Shown: in pieces, positions 13,560 through 26,395 of the stretch
Layout: each line of letters starts with the position of its first letter
Numbering within the stretch: position 1 is the first letter of the stretch
From: Felis catus
Lineage: Eukaryota
DNA: 64,000 nt
Reading direction: 5' to 3'
Assembly (NCBI RefSeq): GCF_018350175.1
Contig: NC_058368.1
Span: 148,492,001 to 148,556,000, forward strand
The notes under the pieces: model-generated
Database searches by the model: none
Told to the model about the DNA's origin: nothing
The model's input: only the letters and a program-made list of their open reading frames with translations
Position numbers and translations under genes: made by a program

Positions 13560-14639
13560 GAAGAATTCTAAGCAATTAATGTTTAACAGAAAACTAATCT
13601 CCAATTTAAGTACCTGGAAATTATGTAGCATAAGGAATGTTTGCAGAAGATAGTGATAGATAACATAAAAATAAAAGAGAGTAAAAGTTTAATAAAGACA
13701 AGGTTGAAATCTTTAAACATTTGGAGTACTTTCATGTGGAAGCAAAAGCTGATTCACTCTCTTTTGTCTTCAAAGACAGAATTAAACTAAAGAGGAAGTT
13801 AGAAATGTTTCATCTCAGTGTGAGCATTGGTAGTGCAGTGGTAGCTGATGAAATGTGGCTGGTGAAAAAAAAAAGAACAATGAATACATTCTCCACTGGA
13901 AGCATATTTCAGATAATTTTAGGATAATATTTTGAAATGATGAGATGTTCAACCATCTACACTGAAAACACAACTCTAAGATGAATTATTCTTTCCTTAG
14001 GTATTAATATCTTAATATCAAACAGGCCTCACACACCAATCATGCTTCCTTCCACCTACCATGTAAATCTAATTTTGCTTTTGAGAAGAATGTTTGTATT
14101 TTAAAAGTTAGAAAATACCAAAATTGAAAGAAACAGATGCATGATACAGTGAAATTTCTATAATAATTTCTTTCATTTTCCTCTGGCTAACTTCTATTTC
14201 TTTTGGCTTGAGTAAACCAAAATACCAAAATTATAAAATAAGGGCCAGTGAATGCTCAAGTAAATGCTTATAAAGTAAAATAGACGCTTCTCAAAAAGAA
14301 ATTGAGGTGTCCAATTTGTTGACTTAGCTCTTTTGTCTATTTTATTATTGTGTTATTAGTCTTTATACTCAGTGAATTATTCAAAGGTATTATTTAAATA
14401 GGTAAAAATCTTACTGATGGAGTAATGGACTCTAAACTTCTTGTTTAACGTCTGCCTGGTCAATCTATTTAAATGTTTGCCTACTTAATCTATCTAAAGT
14501 ATCCTCACCTATTCAAATGATTGCCTATTTTTACGTGGTATAGAAAATCTCATTTTTTCATTTGAATAAAAATATCTGAATTTAAAATCTAATGCCATAT
14601 TATTTTAAGTCAATGTTACTAAAAATTGCACCTACAGCC

Positions 14640-14797
14640 AATCAAAGCAGAATTACCATCAATACTTGTTAAAGATGCAGATTTCTGAAGATTTCTGAAG
14701 TGCCCTTCATTAGCATCTGTAGGATTAGGGTCTGGTCAATGTTTTTTAAACAATCTCCTTAGATGATTTTGATGTGCATTGAAGTTTGAAAATCACT
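14640..14797. mobile_element. MER5-like hAT DNA transposon fragment
   Basis: cttgttaaagatgcagatttctg...ttttttaaacaatctccttagatgattttgatgtgcattgaagtttgaaaatcact. Confidence 0.6.
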
Positions 14798-15567
14798 AAG
14801 TTAGGAAGTAGAATCAGCTTAGTATTTGCAATGGGAAAATAAAGCAGCATTTAAAGCTGACAAATCAAGCAATAAAATCTAAATACATAAAAGACAAAGA
14901 CAAACACTAAAAATCTAATCTTGACTAAAATTGGGGGAAGAAGAGTAATAGAAGAGTTTAGAAAAGACATGATAGGTATGATGTTAAAAGGATGATTATG
15001 TAAGGATTATTTACAAAGATAATCACTAAAAGAAAAATGCAAACATTTTTAAACATTAAAAGAACTACAGTTTTAAAATAGCAAAGAAATAATACTTCAA
15101 GGAATTTAAAAATATTCACATATCAAAACAGATATCATCCCATAATATTAATTAAATACTAGAACTAAATCTCTGATAGGCAGAATAAAGTTCAATTTGT
15201 TAATAATTTTCTTCATCTTCTTTCTTGTTTTTTGGTGATCTCTGGGAATTACTCAACATATTGTCTGTTTCCCAAAAAACATGCAATTAGTCTCTTATAT
15301 ATTTTCTATATGCTTCATGTTTTTAATCTTATAAACTCTATAATACTATCTGATAATATTTTCCTCTACTACTAAGAATTTAAGTCAAACTATAAGCCAA
15401 TATCTTTAAATATTTTAAGACACAAAAATATTTTTAGATGGTATATATGTTATAAATTATTATAATAACTAAAGGTCAATAATATTTAGTATTTTTCTAG
15501 AAAATTGATTGAAAACTTAGAGCTAGACTTTCAAGTTGGAAACATTACATAATAATATGTAGATTTA

Positions 15568-15702
15568 GTGTAATTGTAAATGGGATCGATTCCTTGATTT
15601 CTCTTTCTGTTGCTTCATTATTGGTGTACAGAAATGCAACCAATTTCTGTGCACTGATTTTATATCCCATGACTTTGCTGAATTCATGGTTGAGTCCCAG
15701 CT
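15568..15702 (-). mobile_element. Isolated internal L1 ORF2 fragment (~135 bp)
   Basis: Reverse complement aligns closely to 8960-9090 of the full-length L1 and to 32207-32295; no tail and no TSD. Confidence 0.9.
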
Positions 15703-16079
15703 TGGTTTAGGGCCAATTTCACTTTAAAGGTAACATTATTATCTTCACCCAGAATATAATTAAGATTTTTTTTGAGATGTAGAGATGAAGAAAAGGGGAA
15801 TCCAGCAGAAATGAAGTCAAGACAAAAATCATGGGGTAGGAAAGAAAAAAATACTATATTGAGAGTGACAATATTCCTAGTTTGCAGTTGTGGTAGGCAT
15901 GAAAAACTAAGAGGGAAAAATCTATAATATCAAAGTAAAACACAAATCAACAGAAGCAATATTATTTGAAAAATTCAAATCAATTGCGCATATTCAGGCT
16001 TGTATCCTGTCAGAATAACATTAGCAAACATCCATCGAGTTCTTAAAATGGCAACTACAATTTTATGAGAATTTCTCAC

Positions 16080-16223
16080 ATTCATCAGCATTTTCAGTTG
16101 AAGAAATCATAGGAAGGAGACCTCAAGTAATTGGCCCAAGTACAAGCAGCTAATAAATGACAAAGCCAGGATTCATATCAGGAATGATGTCCAGAGATTA
16201 AGTTCTTGACCACCATGTTATAC
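16080..16223 (-). mobile_element. MIR fragment
   Basis: cattttcagttgaagaaa...aagtaattggcccaag...agctaataaatgacaaagccaggattca...tcttgaccacca. Confidence 0.7.
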
Positions 16224-16229
16224 AATTTC

Positions 16230-16650
16230 CTGGGGTGGAAGAGGGTGGTTTTAAGATGTTGTGAGAGTGAACTGGTGGCTCAAGGTCAGTTAGGAAGCCA
16301 ATTTCAGAATTCAGTCAAAAGAAAGTGATATTTGAAGCAGGATAGAAGTATAGAGAATCTAACAGAAGAAAGTTATCCAACATGATAATAGAAACTATAG
16401 AACTTGGTTACCGGGAGGACTGTGGAGTAAGAGGAGACTTGAGTATTTATATCACATAATACAAAATACTATAAGAATTTGAGTAAAATGGTGAATAAAA
16501 AGGCCATTTAAATTTGTGATAAAGGTAATTTGCTACTCTGAGAGTATTTTTCAGCAAAGTCAAACTAGATTGCATAATACTGGAAAAAGCTAAAGAAATA
16601 GCAACAAAATGGTTTATCTTTCAAGTTATTGGGCAGTATTGGAAAGAAAA
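16230..16650 (-). mobile_element. L2 fragment
   Basis: Purine-rich antisense L2-like sequence (cagttaggaagcc...tagaacttggtta); highly degraded. Confidence 0.45.
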
Positions 16651-16715
16651 ATAGAAAAGCCATTTATAAAGTTACAGTAAAAAAAATAATAATTTCAGGT
16701 TGGAAGAGTTGTATC

Positions 16716-16716
<1 letters not shown>

Positions 16717-16742
<26 letters not shown>
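16717..16742. repeat. (TG)n microsatellite
   Basis: Direct observation. Confidence 0.95.
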
Positions 16743-16748
<6 letters not shown>

Positions 16749-17559
16749 ATTAGTGCTTACTAAATTTTCATCTAATAGAACAGGTGTATAATATGAGAGG
16801 GAGCATATTCCAATACCTAACTGCTAATAGGATTACTATTAAAAATTTTATCACTAAGCAAGTCATGGCTATGATCACTAATGACACTAATTTTGATTGT
16901 TTTTCTTAAATATTTCTTAAATATTTGGCATATCTATCACTTGCCTGCAAGGAAGTTTTGGCAATTTAGAACAAGAAAATCCAAAGTGAATAGTCATGTC
17001 TAATTGGTATCTTATTTTAAAGACTTCTTTTCATTTAATTGCCTATATATAAAGCCAAACTTTCTTTAAGTAAAAGTGTTTAAAATTTGAAACATGACAT
17101 TAAAATGACAATGAATAAATAAGTTGCAGTGATTTGTAAAATTCATAAGGTATTTCAGAAGTTTGTCAATGGAACAAGTATAAATACCGTGGATTTGGAG
17201 AACAAACAGTGAAGTCAAGAAAATAGAGAAACATGAGTGCTTACAGCAGGGTGAGTTCCCGGGGATGTCTGGAGGGAAAGGGAATCAAACCACAAGTGAG
17301 AGACTTTAGTCCCAGAAAAATGGTGCTGTGCTCCCTTCACCCAGCACAGGAGAGGAGAAGGGAAAACATACCTACTGATGTTGGGATTCTCCTTCATATT
17401 TAAATGACCCCGCTATTATTATTAAGTTATTGTTAATTATTTCTTCACTCCTCCAAGCAAGAGCTATTGGTCACTGCCTCATGGCCAGACCCACTCTTTC
17501 TATAGCAGTATAGTCTAAGTAGTTGTTGACCTAATATGGAGAATTAAAGTCAAGTGTAA

Positions 17560-17770
17560 GATCTCATTGTATTTGGGATTTCTGATTCCCATATTGCCGT
17601 TTCATTGCTTGTAAAATAAAATATGTAGCACTTAACCTCTCTTTGTGTATCTGTTTCTTTATGTGTCAAATAGGTATAATAATATTTATCTGTCTCACAA
17701 GGGTGTTTTAAAGATTAGTTAGTTAAGTGTGTGGAAGATAGAAAGGCTATATAAATATATAAATGCTAAA
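17560..17770 (+). mobile_element. MIR
   Basis: cacttaacctctct...tctgtttctttatgtgtcaaataggtataataata...tcacaagggtgttttaaagatta. Confidence 0.65.
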
Positions 17771-19013
17771 TAGTCATACCCATTAAATGTCTTCCTTTAA
17801 ATTATACAATCAAAGTTATTCCAGAGTAATTCATAATTAAAATGGAAAACAAGGCAAGGCCTTTGCTCTTTATCATTCAAGATGTCTTGGAGCTGATACA
17901 TTTATATTTTCTCTTTTCTCAAACCTTTGTCTCTCTCACTTTACAATACCCATCTCCTCCTTGAATAAATACATGAGTAAATACTTGAACGACAATTTTT
18001 AACCTGAACCTCATCTAAGTGTCTTTGCTCTGCAGGTTTAAATCAGATAATTAATGTTACCTTAGGATATTTAACCTAGCTGAATGATGCCTTATTAAAC
18101 TCTTCAAGAATTCCACAACATAGAATTTTATCATATTAAAAGTAATTGAAAGTGATTAAGGTAGCTGTAATTAATGGCGTATTATAGCAGCAATATGCAA
18201 AACTATTTCAAAGATAGTGGGAACAAATATGGGAAGAAATATTTTGTCATGTCCTGGGGTATTAAAAAATGAAAATGACTCCTCAAAATCTTATAAAAGA
18301 TAATGACCACAAAAAAACAATAGATTTTATATAGACTGGATTTTACAGAATGCTGATAAAACATAATCTGGCAATGCTAAGTAATTACTATCATTCTTTT
18401 TTATCATGATATTTTAGTAGTTGTCACAAAAATAATGGAATTTAAATTGCATTTCTGAAGTTGAGAAAGCACTAATATCTTGTCTATATTGATTTAGTTT
18501 TTTTTGATGCTGTGTAAGTGAAAGGTAAAATTTTGAAGGAGAAAAACAGAGTACAGAGTCATTAGCAAAGAGACTGATGCTTCAAACTATAATTGAAAGT
18601 TAACTTACTAACAATGTTATCTGTTTCTCATACTGCTTTGTGTGAAACTTCAGTTTTTGTTGGATGGTTATCATGTTTGCTATGAGTTTTTAATTTTTTT
18701 GTTTGTTGTGTTTTAATAAGGGATAATAGAAAAATAATGTTCAAAAATAGACTACCAAAAGAGCATATTGCATACCTACATAATGCAGATACCACTTTTT
18801 TTGTTTGTAGTTTTAGTTTTTGTTTTTGTTTTTTTAATAAGGGTAAGGTAAAGATATATATGTCTCTAAGGTTCAGAAAATCAGTTTAGGGTGTGTTTAG
18901 AATCAAAGTTTTCTGTTCCCTGCTTTTAGTTGGTCTATATGTATGTATATTTGGTCAAGATCAGATCTAGAAAATTCATGATTCTAGAAGACTGTTTAGT
19001 TTAAATAAAACAT

Positions 19014-19240
19014 GGGGTGCCTGGGTGGCTCAGTCGGTTAAGCATCCAACTTTGGCTCAGGTCAGAATCTCGTGGTTCATGAGTTCGAGCCCTGGGTCAT
19101 GCTCTGTGCTGGTAGCTCAGAGCCTGGAGCCTGCTTGCGATTCTGTTTCTCCCTCTCACTCTGCCCCTCCTTCGCTCATGTTTTGTCTCTCTGTCTCTCA
19201 AAAATGAATAAATGTTAAAAAAAATTAAAAAAACCCAAAA
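19014..19240 (+). mobile_element. CAN-SINE
   Basis: ggggtgcctgggtggctcagtcggttaag head, B box gagttcgagcc, CT-rich region, A tail. Confidence 0.95.
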
Positions 19241-19689
19241 ACCATAAGGTTATTTCTGCTGTTAAGATATAGAATATCATGCATTTATGTTATGTGTGAA
19301 GTTACTTGACCTTAATAATTTGTCAAGCATTTACATCTTGGGCATTTTTCCAATATTTTGTGTTATATATGTATGTTTCTCTGTCAGAAATCCTACTCAC
19401 TCCCTGGATTTGATACCCAAATCTCTCTCTCCATACAAAGCACTTTTTCCTGGGTCCTGACCTAAATTTGAACCCCTGTATTTAATATTTCCACCGGTAT
19501 ACACAATTGACACCTTGAACAGTTCTGATTGTTTATCTGTAAGCAACAAAAACTAAATATGACAAAAGTATTTAAAAAAAAGGAAAAAAGGGTATCACTT
19601 AATTCAAAGAATGGAAAAAAATCTGAAGAATCAGACTTGTGAAAATATAGAAATCAAAGTAGTTCAGAGAATTGCTTTAAAATCCAGTT

Positions 19690-20660
19690 TACGGACTATT
19701 TTGGTGCATGTTCTATGGGGACCTGCAAAACAATGTGTATTCTGCCATTATTGGGTGACTGCTATTTAAATATCAACTGGGTTGTGTTAACAATTTTGTT
19801 TAATATGATGCATGCTCACTGATTTTTGTCTATTTGCTTTATTAATTGTAGAATATAGGATATTGAAATATTAGCCTATAATTATGGACTTTTCTATTTC
19901 TCCTTGCAGTTTTATCTTCTTTTTCTTCATATTCTCAGAAACTCTGTTGTTACATGCATAAAGAGTTATGATGGTTAAGAGTTATGATTCAGGAGTGCCT
20001 GGCTAACTCAGTCAGTAGAGCATGTGACTCTTGATCTTGGGATTGTGTTCGAGGCCATTGTTAGATGTAGAGATTACTTAAAATAAAAATAAATAAATAA
20101 TTTTATGATTGCAATGATATAGTAATACCTTTCTTTATTATAAAATGGCCTTTTTGTCTCTAATAATATTCTTTTCTCTGAAATCTTTCATATTAATATA
20201 GCCACTCTTTATTTAGAAAAATGTTATAATGATATATCATTTTACATCCCCTTATTTTAACCTAGTTGCATTTTTAATTTTTAATTTTTTTTAATTTTTA
20301 TTTTTTAAAGTGGTTGTATTTTTATATTTATGTGGATTTCTTCTGGAAGCATATAGTAAATTATTTTTTCTTCTAATCTATTTCTACTTCCTAATGGGGC
20401 CTTATTCCATTTACGCTTAATTTTTAATATAGTGGAAATTCAATAAACTATCTTTAAATAAACTTGCTTATTTTCTTTGTGTCTAACTTGTGTTTTTTTC
20501 TAAATTCTGAAATTAATTTAATAATTTTATATTCCATTTTATCTTCTTTAGTGACTTATTAACTGTAAATCTTGGTTGTCTGTGTGTAATTGTTTCATTT
20601 AAAATTTTTCACTACACATCTTTAGCTTATCACAATAAGCTTTCAATGATGCTTTTTGCT
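19690..20660 (-). mobile_element. Old L1 (L1M) fragment
   Basis: aatgtgtattctgccattattggg...tattgaaata...ctataattatggactt...tagccactc is antisense L1 sequence around the ORF2 5' region. Confidence 0.65.
19992..20101 (+). mobile_element. Short old CAN-SINE (no CT tract)
   Basis: ggagtgcctggctaactcagtcagtagagcatgtgactcttgatct...gtagagattacttaaaataaaa; flanked by ttatgatt on both sides. Confidence 0.85.
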
Positions 20661-20931
20661 CAATATTTCTTCAGGTGATATATTTCTTTTTTTAATTATA
20701 TTCTCATTTCATATTGAAACTTTTAAAGATTTTTCTACTTAAGTCTTTTTGTTGCACAAAAACTGGAGAAATTCTTATTTTTTAAAAGAAATATTTCCTT
20801 TCATAAAGATATCTTACTTGTCTTTGTCATGTTATAATCATTATGCTGCCTTCTTGTATCTATGATGAAGTATTTTTACACTTTTATGTCGTTTGCTTTC
20901 ATATTATCCACTTCTCCCTACTGATGCCCAC

Positions 20932-21650
20932 TGTGGTAGACTGACTATTGACCCATTCCTCCCTTCCCCAAAATGTCCACATCGTATCCCACCCAAACTT
21001 GCAGAAATGTTACCTTGCATGGCAAAAGTGATGTGATTTAGTTAGGGATCTTAACATAGAAAGATTATCCTGGATTATCGAGTAAACCCATTGTCATCAC
21101 AAGGATCTTTATAAGAATGATGCAGAAGGGTCAGAGAAGGCAAAGAAGCTGATGTGACAACAGACAGAGGGAGGGGAGGGAATGTGATAATGGAGGAACC
21201 ATTAGAAAAATGCAGCTAGAAGCCAAGTAATGAGGGCAGCAACTCAAACATGGAAAAGACAAGGAACAGATATTCCTCTAGAGATTCCCCAAGGAACATA
21301 ACCTTTCAGGGGCACCTGGGTGGCTGAGTTGGTTAAGCGCTGACTTCAGCTTAGGTCAAGATCTTGCAGTTCATGAGGTTGAGCCCCACATTGGGCTTGG
21401 GCTGACAGCTCAGAGCCTGAGACCTACTTCAGATTCTGTGTCTCCCTCTCTCTCTGCCCTTTCTCCTCTGCCCCCATTCCCCTGCACTCTGTCTCTTATT
21501 CTCTCAAAAATAAATAAACATTAAAAACATTTTTTAAAAAAGAGCTACTTCAGATTTCTGACCTCAAGAACTGTAAGACAGCAAATTTTTACATTGTATT
21601 AAGTAGCTAAGTTTGTGGTAATTTGTTACAGCTGCAATAGGAAACATATT
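20932..21650 (+). mobile_element. MaLR LTR (MLT1D-like), interrupted by a SINE
   Basis: tgtggtaga start; atgttaccttgcatggcaaaag; gattatcctggattatc; end aagtttgtggtaatttgttacagctgcaataggaaac. Confidence 0.85.
21309..21541 (+). mobile_element. CAN-SINE
   Basis: ggggcacctgggtggctgag head, CT tract, aataaataaacattaaaaa tail. Confidence 0.95.
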
Positions 21651-23591
21651 TCCTCCTATGAATAAGCCCTTACCAGTTTCTAAGAGTATAGTGGGTGGAG
21701 TGTGTTTGAAAATATATATTTAAACATTTGACCTTTCCAATTTAATTTCAGACTCAGTTGCTTCCATTTATACCTTTAATTTCATAGATTGTGCTTAGGA
21801 ATGGGTTGCAAAAAAGTGGGAAGTGCAAAGTATGACTGAACCAAAAACAGGCACAGTAGAGCCTAGATGATGGGTCTTCTCTCTTCCTTCCATAGTCAGT
21901 TCACAAGGCTGGTAATCTATTCACTCCACAAAGGTGTGAACAAATCTTAGCATTCTGAGAAGAGTGTTTTTGTACATTGGACAACTGTCTAATGAATCAT
22001 GGAGAATTTACTTACAACATTTATTTGTCCTCTACCTATTCCCTCATCATCCAATTTCCACAGAAAAACACATGTAATCTTCTTTTTTCCCTTCAGTGCT
22101 TATCAATTCCAATTTCTGGTTGGAATAAAGTAAATTTGAGTTATGTGGACCATCTTTATGTTCCTCCACAGACTTCCTCTCAGCCTCAGGAACATGGTGT
22201 GTCTAGCACTGGGTGGGTGGGGAACACTTATGAAATGAAATTAATAGAAAGCTTTATCCTGTAGCATTTGCCCTATCATTTGTTTTAATATTAGCCACAT
22301 AAATATATGGATATGTATTTTACAAGGTAAGTTGTTACTTATTTTATTTTGTTTACCTTCTTAGGTTTTGTTAAATTTTTGGTTCACACTACCTGTTAAA
22401 ATACATTCTTTTTTTTTTCATTACTCTCATTAACTCATTTTTTAGTTTCTTGCATGTGTATAAATGGAGAGAGGACATTATATAATGCAAAATTGTATAT
22501 AATTTTTTAAATAAAAATATTGTACAGAAATGAATATGTCCCTCACATAACTAAACTGCTGGATTATAAAGAAAATACACAAAGATTCTTTCTTTGCTAT
22601 TTTATCAGCAAAATTCCTAACTTGGTATGCAGCAGGTGAAATAGGCAGCCAATATAGCATATGAATCCACCAGTTATTGAAAGGTTATGCTAAAAAGTGA
22701 GGTCCATTTTCGGAACTATAACCTACTTGAGGCTTTCATTGGCTTTTCTTTTTTTGTTGTTGTTTTTTTTTTTGTTTTTTGTTTTTGTTTTCTGTGTTAT
22801 TTTCTCTTTAGTGATCAAACACAAATCTAAATATACCTAGATTTGCTATTAGTCCAGAGACCAAACAATTAGATGGAAATTATTTCTACTTTTCATGGAT
22901 TAGTCTTATATTAAAATTTTAAGTTCAAGTTGATGTACACAACTCCTAAGTTTTTTCCCTGTAATAAGTAAAGATATCTCCTCTGCCCCACTCCTGGAAT
23001 TCTGCAACTCTGAACTGATACAAAAAAAAAAAAAGTAACCCTATGAAATGTTCTCTGAGTTCTTCCTCTCTGTCCTCACAGGAGTGTCTTAGCTTATGGC
23101 ATAAACCTCTACCAATATTATTATGATACTTCTGCACAGTCTCTCTCCTCCCTCCTCTCAGCCACTCCCCACCCTATTCTTACTTTCTTCTTAGTGGTTA
23201 TTGTGATTTGAAGTCTCAGCCTGGTTGCAGAAAGATAGAAGTGAAGAAAAGATGTGAGAAAACATACTCCGCTCCTGTCCCAGTTCAGCTCCTAAAGGAA
23301 AATGATAGTTACTCCTTTTTCTTGTTCGTTTTGGCCTAAACACTATAATTCAGACACTAGTAGTAGTTAGTAGAACAGAGAAGCATATATATCTTTTCAA
23401 TTAATGTTTATCTCTTCCTGAAAAGTTGAGGCATTCATAGAGTGAAGCTCAGGTTAATTTTTACTTCCTGTTACTCTATTGTCATCTAATATACTGATAA
23501 GCCTCCTTTCACAGGACTCACTTTTAGAAATCATTTAGGTACTATCTTCAAATAAATAGATCCTACTTGTGAAATAATTAGTGTTAGACGA

Positions 23592-23675
23592 ATTTTTTTT
23601 AGTGAGTTTTATGTCCAAATGTGGTGCTCAAACTCACGACCTTGAGATCTACTAACTGAGCTAGCCAGGTGTCCC
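23592..23675 (-). mobile_element. Short old tRNA-derived CAN-SINE
   Basis: ccaaatgtggtgctcaaactcacgaccttgagatc...actgagctagccaggtgtccc; degenerate TSD agtgttaga/agtattaga. Confidence 0.75.
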
Positions 23676-23809
23676 AGTATTAGAAAGATTTCTGATGAAA
23701 CTGTGAAATCCTACCATGTATACAAAAACCAAGCTCTGCCTAACTTAGGGAACTGCTGTATTCATTCTGACTTTATTTTTATTTGCTTTAAAATTATAAT
23801 GTCTCTCTT

Positions 23810-24028
23810 GGGGCGCCTGGGTGGCTCAGTTGGTTAGGCGACCGACTTCGGCTCAGGTCATGATCTCGCATTTTGTGAGTTAGAGCCCTGAGTCCGGCTC
23901 TGTGCTGACAGCTCAGAGCCTGGAGCCTACTTCAGATTCTGTGTCTCCCCCTCTCTCTACCCGTCCCCTGCTCACGCTCTGTGTCTCTCTGTCTCTCAAT
24001 AATAAATAAAAGTTAAAAAAAAATTTTA
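23810..24028 (+). mobile_element. CAN-SINE (younger member of tandem pair)
   Basis: Perfect TSD aaaattataatgtctctc at 23790-23807 and 24029-24046. Confidence 0.95.
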
Positions 24029-24046
24029 AAAATTATAATGTCTCTC

Positions 24047-24264
24047 GGGGTTCTTGGGTGGCTCAGTCAGTTCAGTGTCTGACTCTTGAGTTTAGCTCAG
24101 GTCATGATCTCCCAGTTGTGAGATCAAATCCCAAGTCAGGCTCTGCCCGGGGCATTGAGCCAGCTTAAGATTCTCTCTCTCCCTCTCTCTGCCTGTCCCT
24201 CCCCTTAAAAACAAAACAAAACAAAACAAAACAAAACAAAACAAAACAAAACAAAAAAACAAAA
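24047..24264 (+). mobile_element. CAN-SINE (older subfamily) with (AAAAC)n tail
   Basis: gactcttgagtttagctcagg / agccagcttaagattctctc older-type body; followed by aaaactacaatgtctctc at 24265-24282. Confidence 0.93.
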
Positions 24265-24349
24265 AAAACTACAATGTCTCTCAAGGTACAATATGATGTT
24301 ATAATTTTTGCATCATTTTTTTCTGTAGCACATCAATAAAATAAACTAC

Positions 24350-24440
24350 ACATTGTCTCTAGGTTTCAGTTTCTTCATCTGTACCATGAATGACTTAAAA
24401 ATGCCCTCTAGAGACATTTCCAGGTCTAAAATAGTGTGAT
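24350..24440 (+). mobile_element. MIR (MIR3-like) fragment
   Basis: tctctaggtttcagtttcttcatctgtaccatga...ttccaggtctaaaatagtgtgat. Confidence 0.55.
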
Positions 24441-24869
24441 GTTATTTATGAAAAAGTGTTTTCACCGTACACGATCTTAAAAAAGAAACAAAAATCTGAT
24501 CCATTCTTTAAAAACATTAAAACATATATATTTTTACTAATGAATAATAAATTTGCATTTTTATGTTAATTCAAACACATTGAAAGCGTGTTTTAAAATT
24601 TAATAATAACTTAAAAAGAGATCTCTGCATAAATTAGTCTTCTCATGGGTCTCATTAGGAAAAAAAAGTGATGAATTAAAAATTAATATTTTATAACATT
24701 ATTAATACACATGCATCATTTAAGGCAGAGTGCCAAAGTAGGTTGTTTTTACTTACAAAATACCCTAGCAATAGATAAACATAAAAATGTAGTTTATGAA
24801 ATTATTTGTGACCTGAAGCCTTAATCCAAAGGGGAAAAAAAGTCAATGAGATAACTAACCCTTGCTCTT

Positions 24870-25240
24870 AATTTAAAACATTTATACGATTTTAGAGGTC
24901 AGAGTCAAAATTGAATCTTAGGGGACTAAAATCAAGGTGTTAGGAGGGCTGTTCTCACTCCAGAGTCTCTAGAAGATAATTCACTCCCTGAGTTTCTGGT
25001 GAATGCAGGCATTCTTATTAAGTTCAACCTCTGTCTCCATGGTCACTTTGCTTCCTTTTCTATGTCAAATCTCCCTCTGGCTACCTCTTGGAAAGATACT
25101 TGTGATTTCATTTACGGCCCATCTGGATAATCCAGGATAATCTCCCCAGCCTTAACATAATCACATCTGCAGAATCTTTTTTTTTTTTTTCCATATTAGG
25201 TAGCATTCACAGATTCTAGGGATAGAGACTTGGGAAGAAA
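24870..25240 (-). mobile_element. MaLR LTR (MLT1C/D-like)
   Basis: aaaatcaaggtgttaggagggctg...ggcccatctggataatccaggataatctcc...aatcacatctgcagaatc...cattcacagattctaggga. Confidence 0.8.
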
Positions 25241-26289
25241 GTATTTTCAGTATTTCAGCATCCATTTACTTTCATTGAAATCACAGTTTATTTTCATTAA
25301 ACACAACACTAATTCATAATCCATAAAATGGTGACTCTGGAACTCCCAATCATTCGCTAGCTACACATGAGCCTGAGTTTCTTATACACTGAGAGAGTGT
25401 TGACAGTTTGGCATTTTTTCTGTCACTATATTTTATGTAGTGCACATCCTTTATATAAAGTATTGAACTAAATTCTCCCTTGTGGCTTAAGGAATTGTTT
25501 TAGATCATAAGCTTTTAATGGGAAGAAACATAGAATATAGTGATTTAAAAGTAGTGAATACTTCAGTATGAGGCACAGAGTGACAGCCTATAAATATATT
25601 TCATTTATGATTTCATGGATAATGAACCACTCATGCCTCTTTGCAGATAAACAGGTGTAATATACAACAAGGCTGTCAGATCAGGAAACTCTTAACCACA
25701 TGGCTGTAAATTGTTCAGAAGGTAAACTGTTCTCAGATTCTAACACAGTAAGAAAATGTCAGAGAAGATCACAGTAAAGTATGGAAGGAATTAACTAAGA
25801 AGTATGAGGTTTAACAATATAAACAACAAAAATTTAATTTGGAACTTTCCAGCCAGCGATTTAATAAGAAGCCATGAGAATCCTTGTTATAGCAATGTTA
25901 TAATGAAATTTTAGCAATCTACCTTGAGAGAAAGGTAACCCATACATAGAATTACATTTTAATAGAACTAGTGTGGCTTGTTCTGAAATGTGACAGGCAG
26001 AGGGACAGGGGCAGAGAAAGAGTTCACAAAACACAGGAGAAAAGAAACCAGATTAGAATTTCACCTGTCTTAGATTTATGCATTTCAAATAAAGCCACTT
26101 ATACTGGAGGAAGTAGTCCTGAGTACACACAAAAAGAAGTATGACCCTATAATAGATTATTTTTAAAAACACCCACACAGCTGAAAACTAAATGCATATG
26201 AAGTACACAACACTAAAAGCTTGTAAACCTAAGTTTAAACAATTAAAAATGCATGTGTTATTTCTGTTTAAGAAAGTTTCTTCCTATCA

Positions 26290-26385
26290 TATGACACCTC
26301 TAAGACTATAGAACTATGTTTTTTTCTTATTTTTGAATCCCAGTAACTTGCACAGTGCATATCATGTTTAATACATATTTGTAAA
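26290..26385 (+). mobile_element. L2 3' end fragment
   Basis: tttgaatcccagtaacttgcacagtgcat...ttaatacatatttgt. Confidence 0.45.
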
Positions 26386-26395
26386 CATAGTGTGG

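Noticed and set aside
17159..17256. Putative exon ending in a strong CAGG/GTGAGT donor
   Set aside because: Stops in all three frames and a weak polypyrimidine tract upstream
19992..20101. tRNA-like A/B boxes here and in other SINE heads
   Set aside because: tRNA-derived SINE heads with A tails and TSDs; no intact cloverleaf
22478..22740. Minus-strand exon-like frame (NNWWIHMLYWLPISPAAYQ)
   Set aside because: Upstream in-frame stop, weak donor, no recognisable protein
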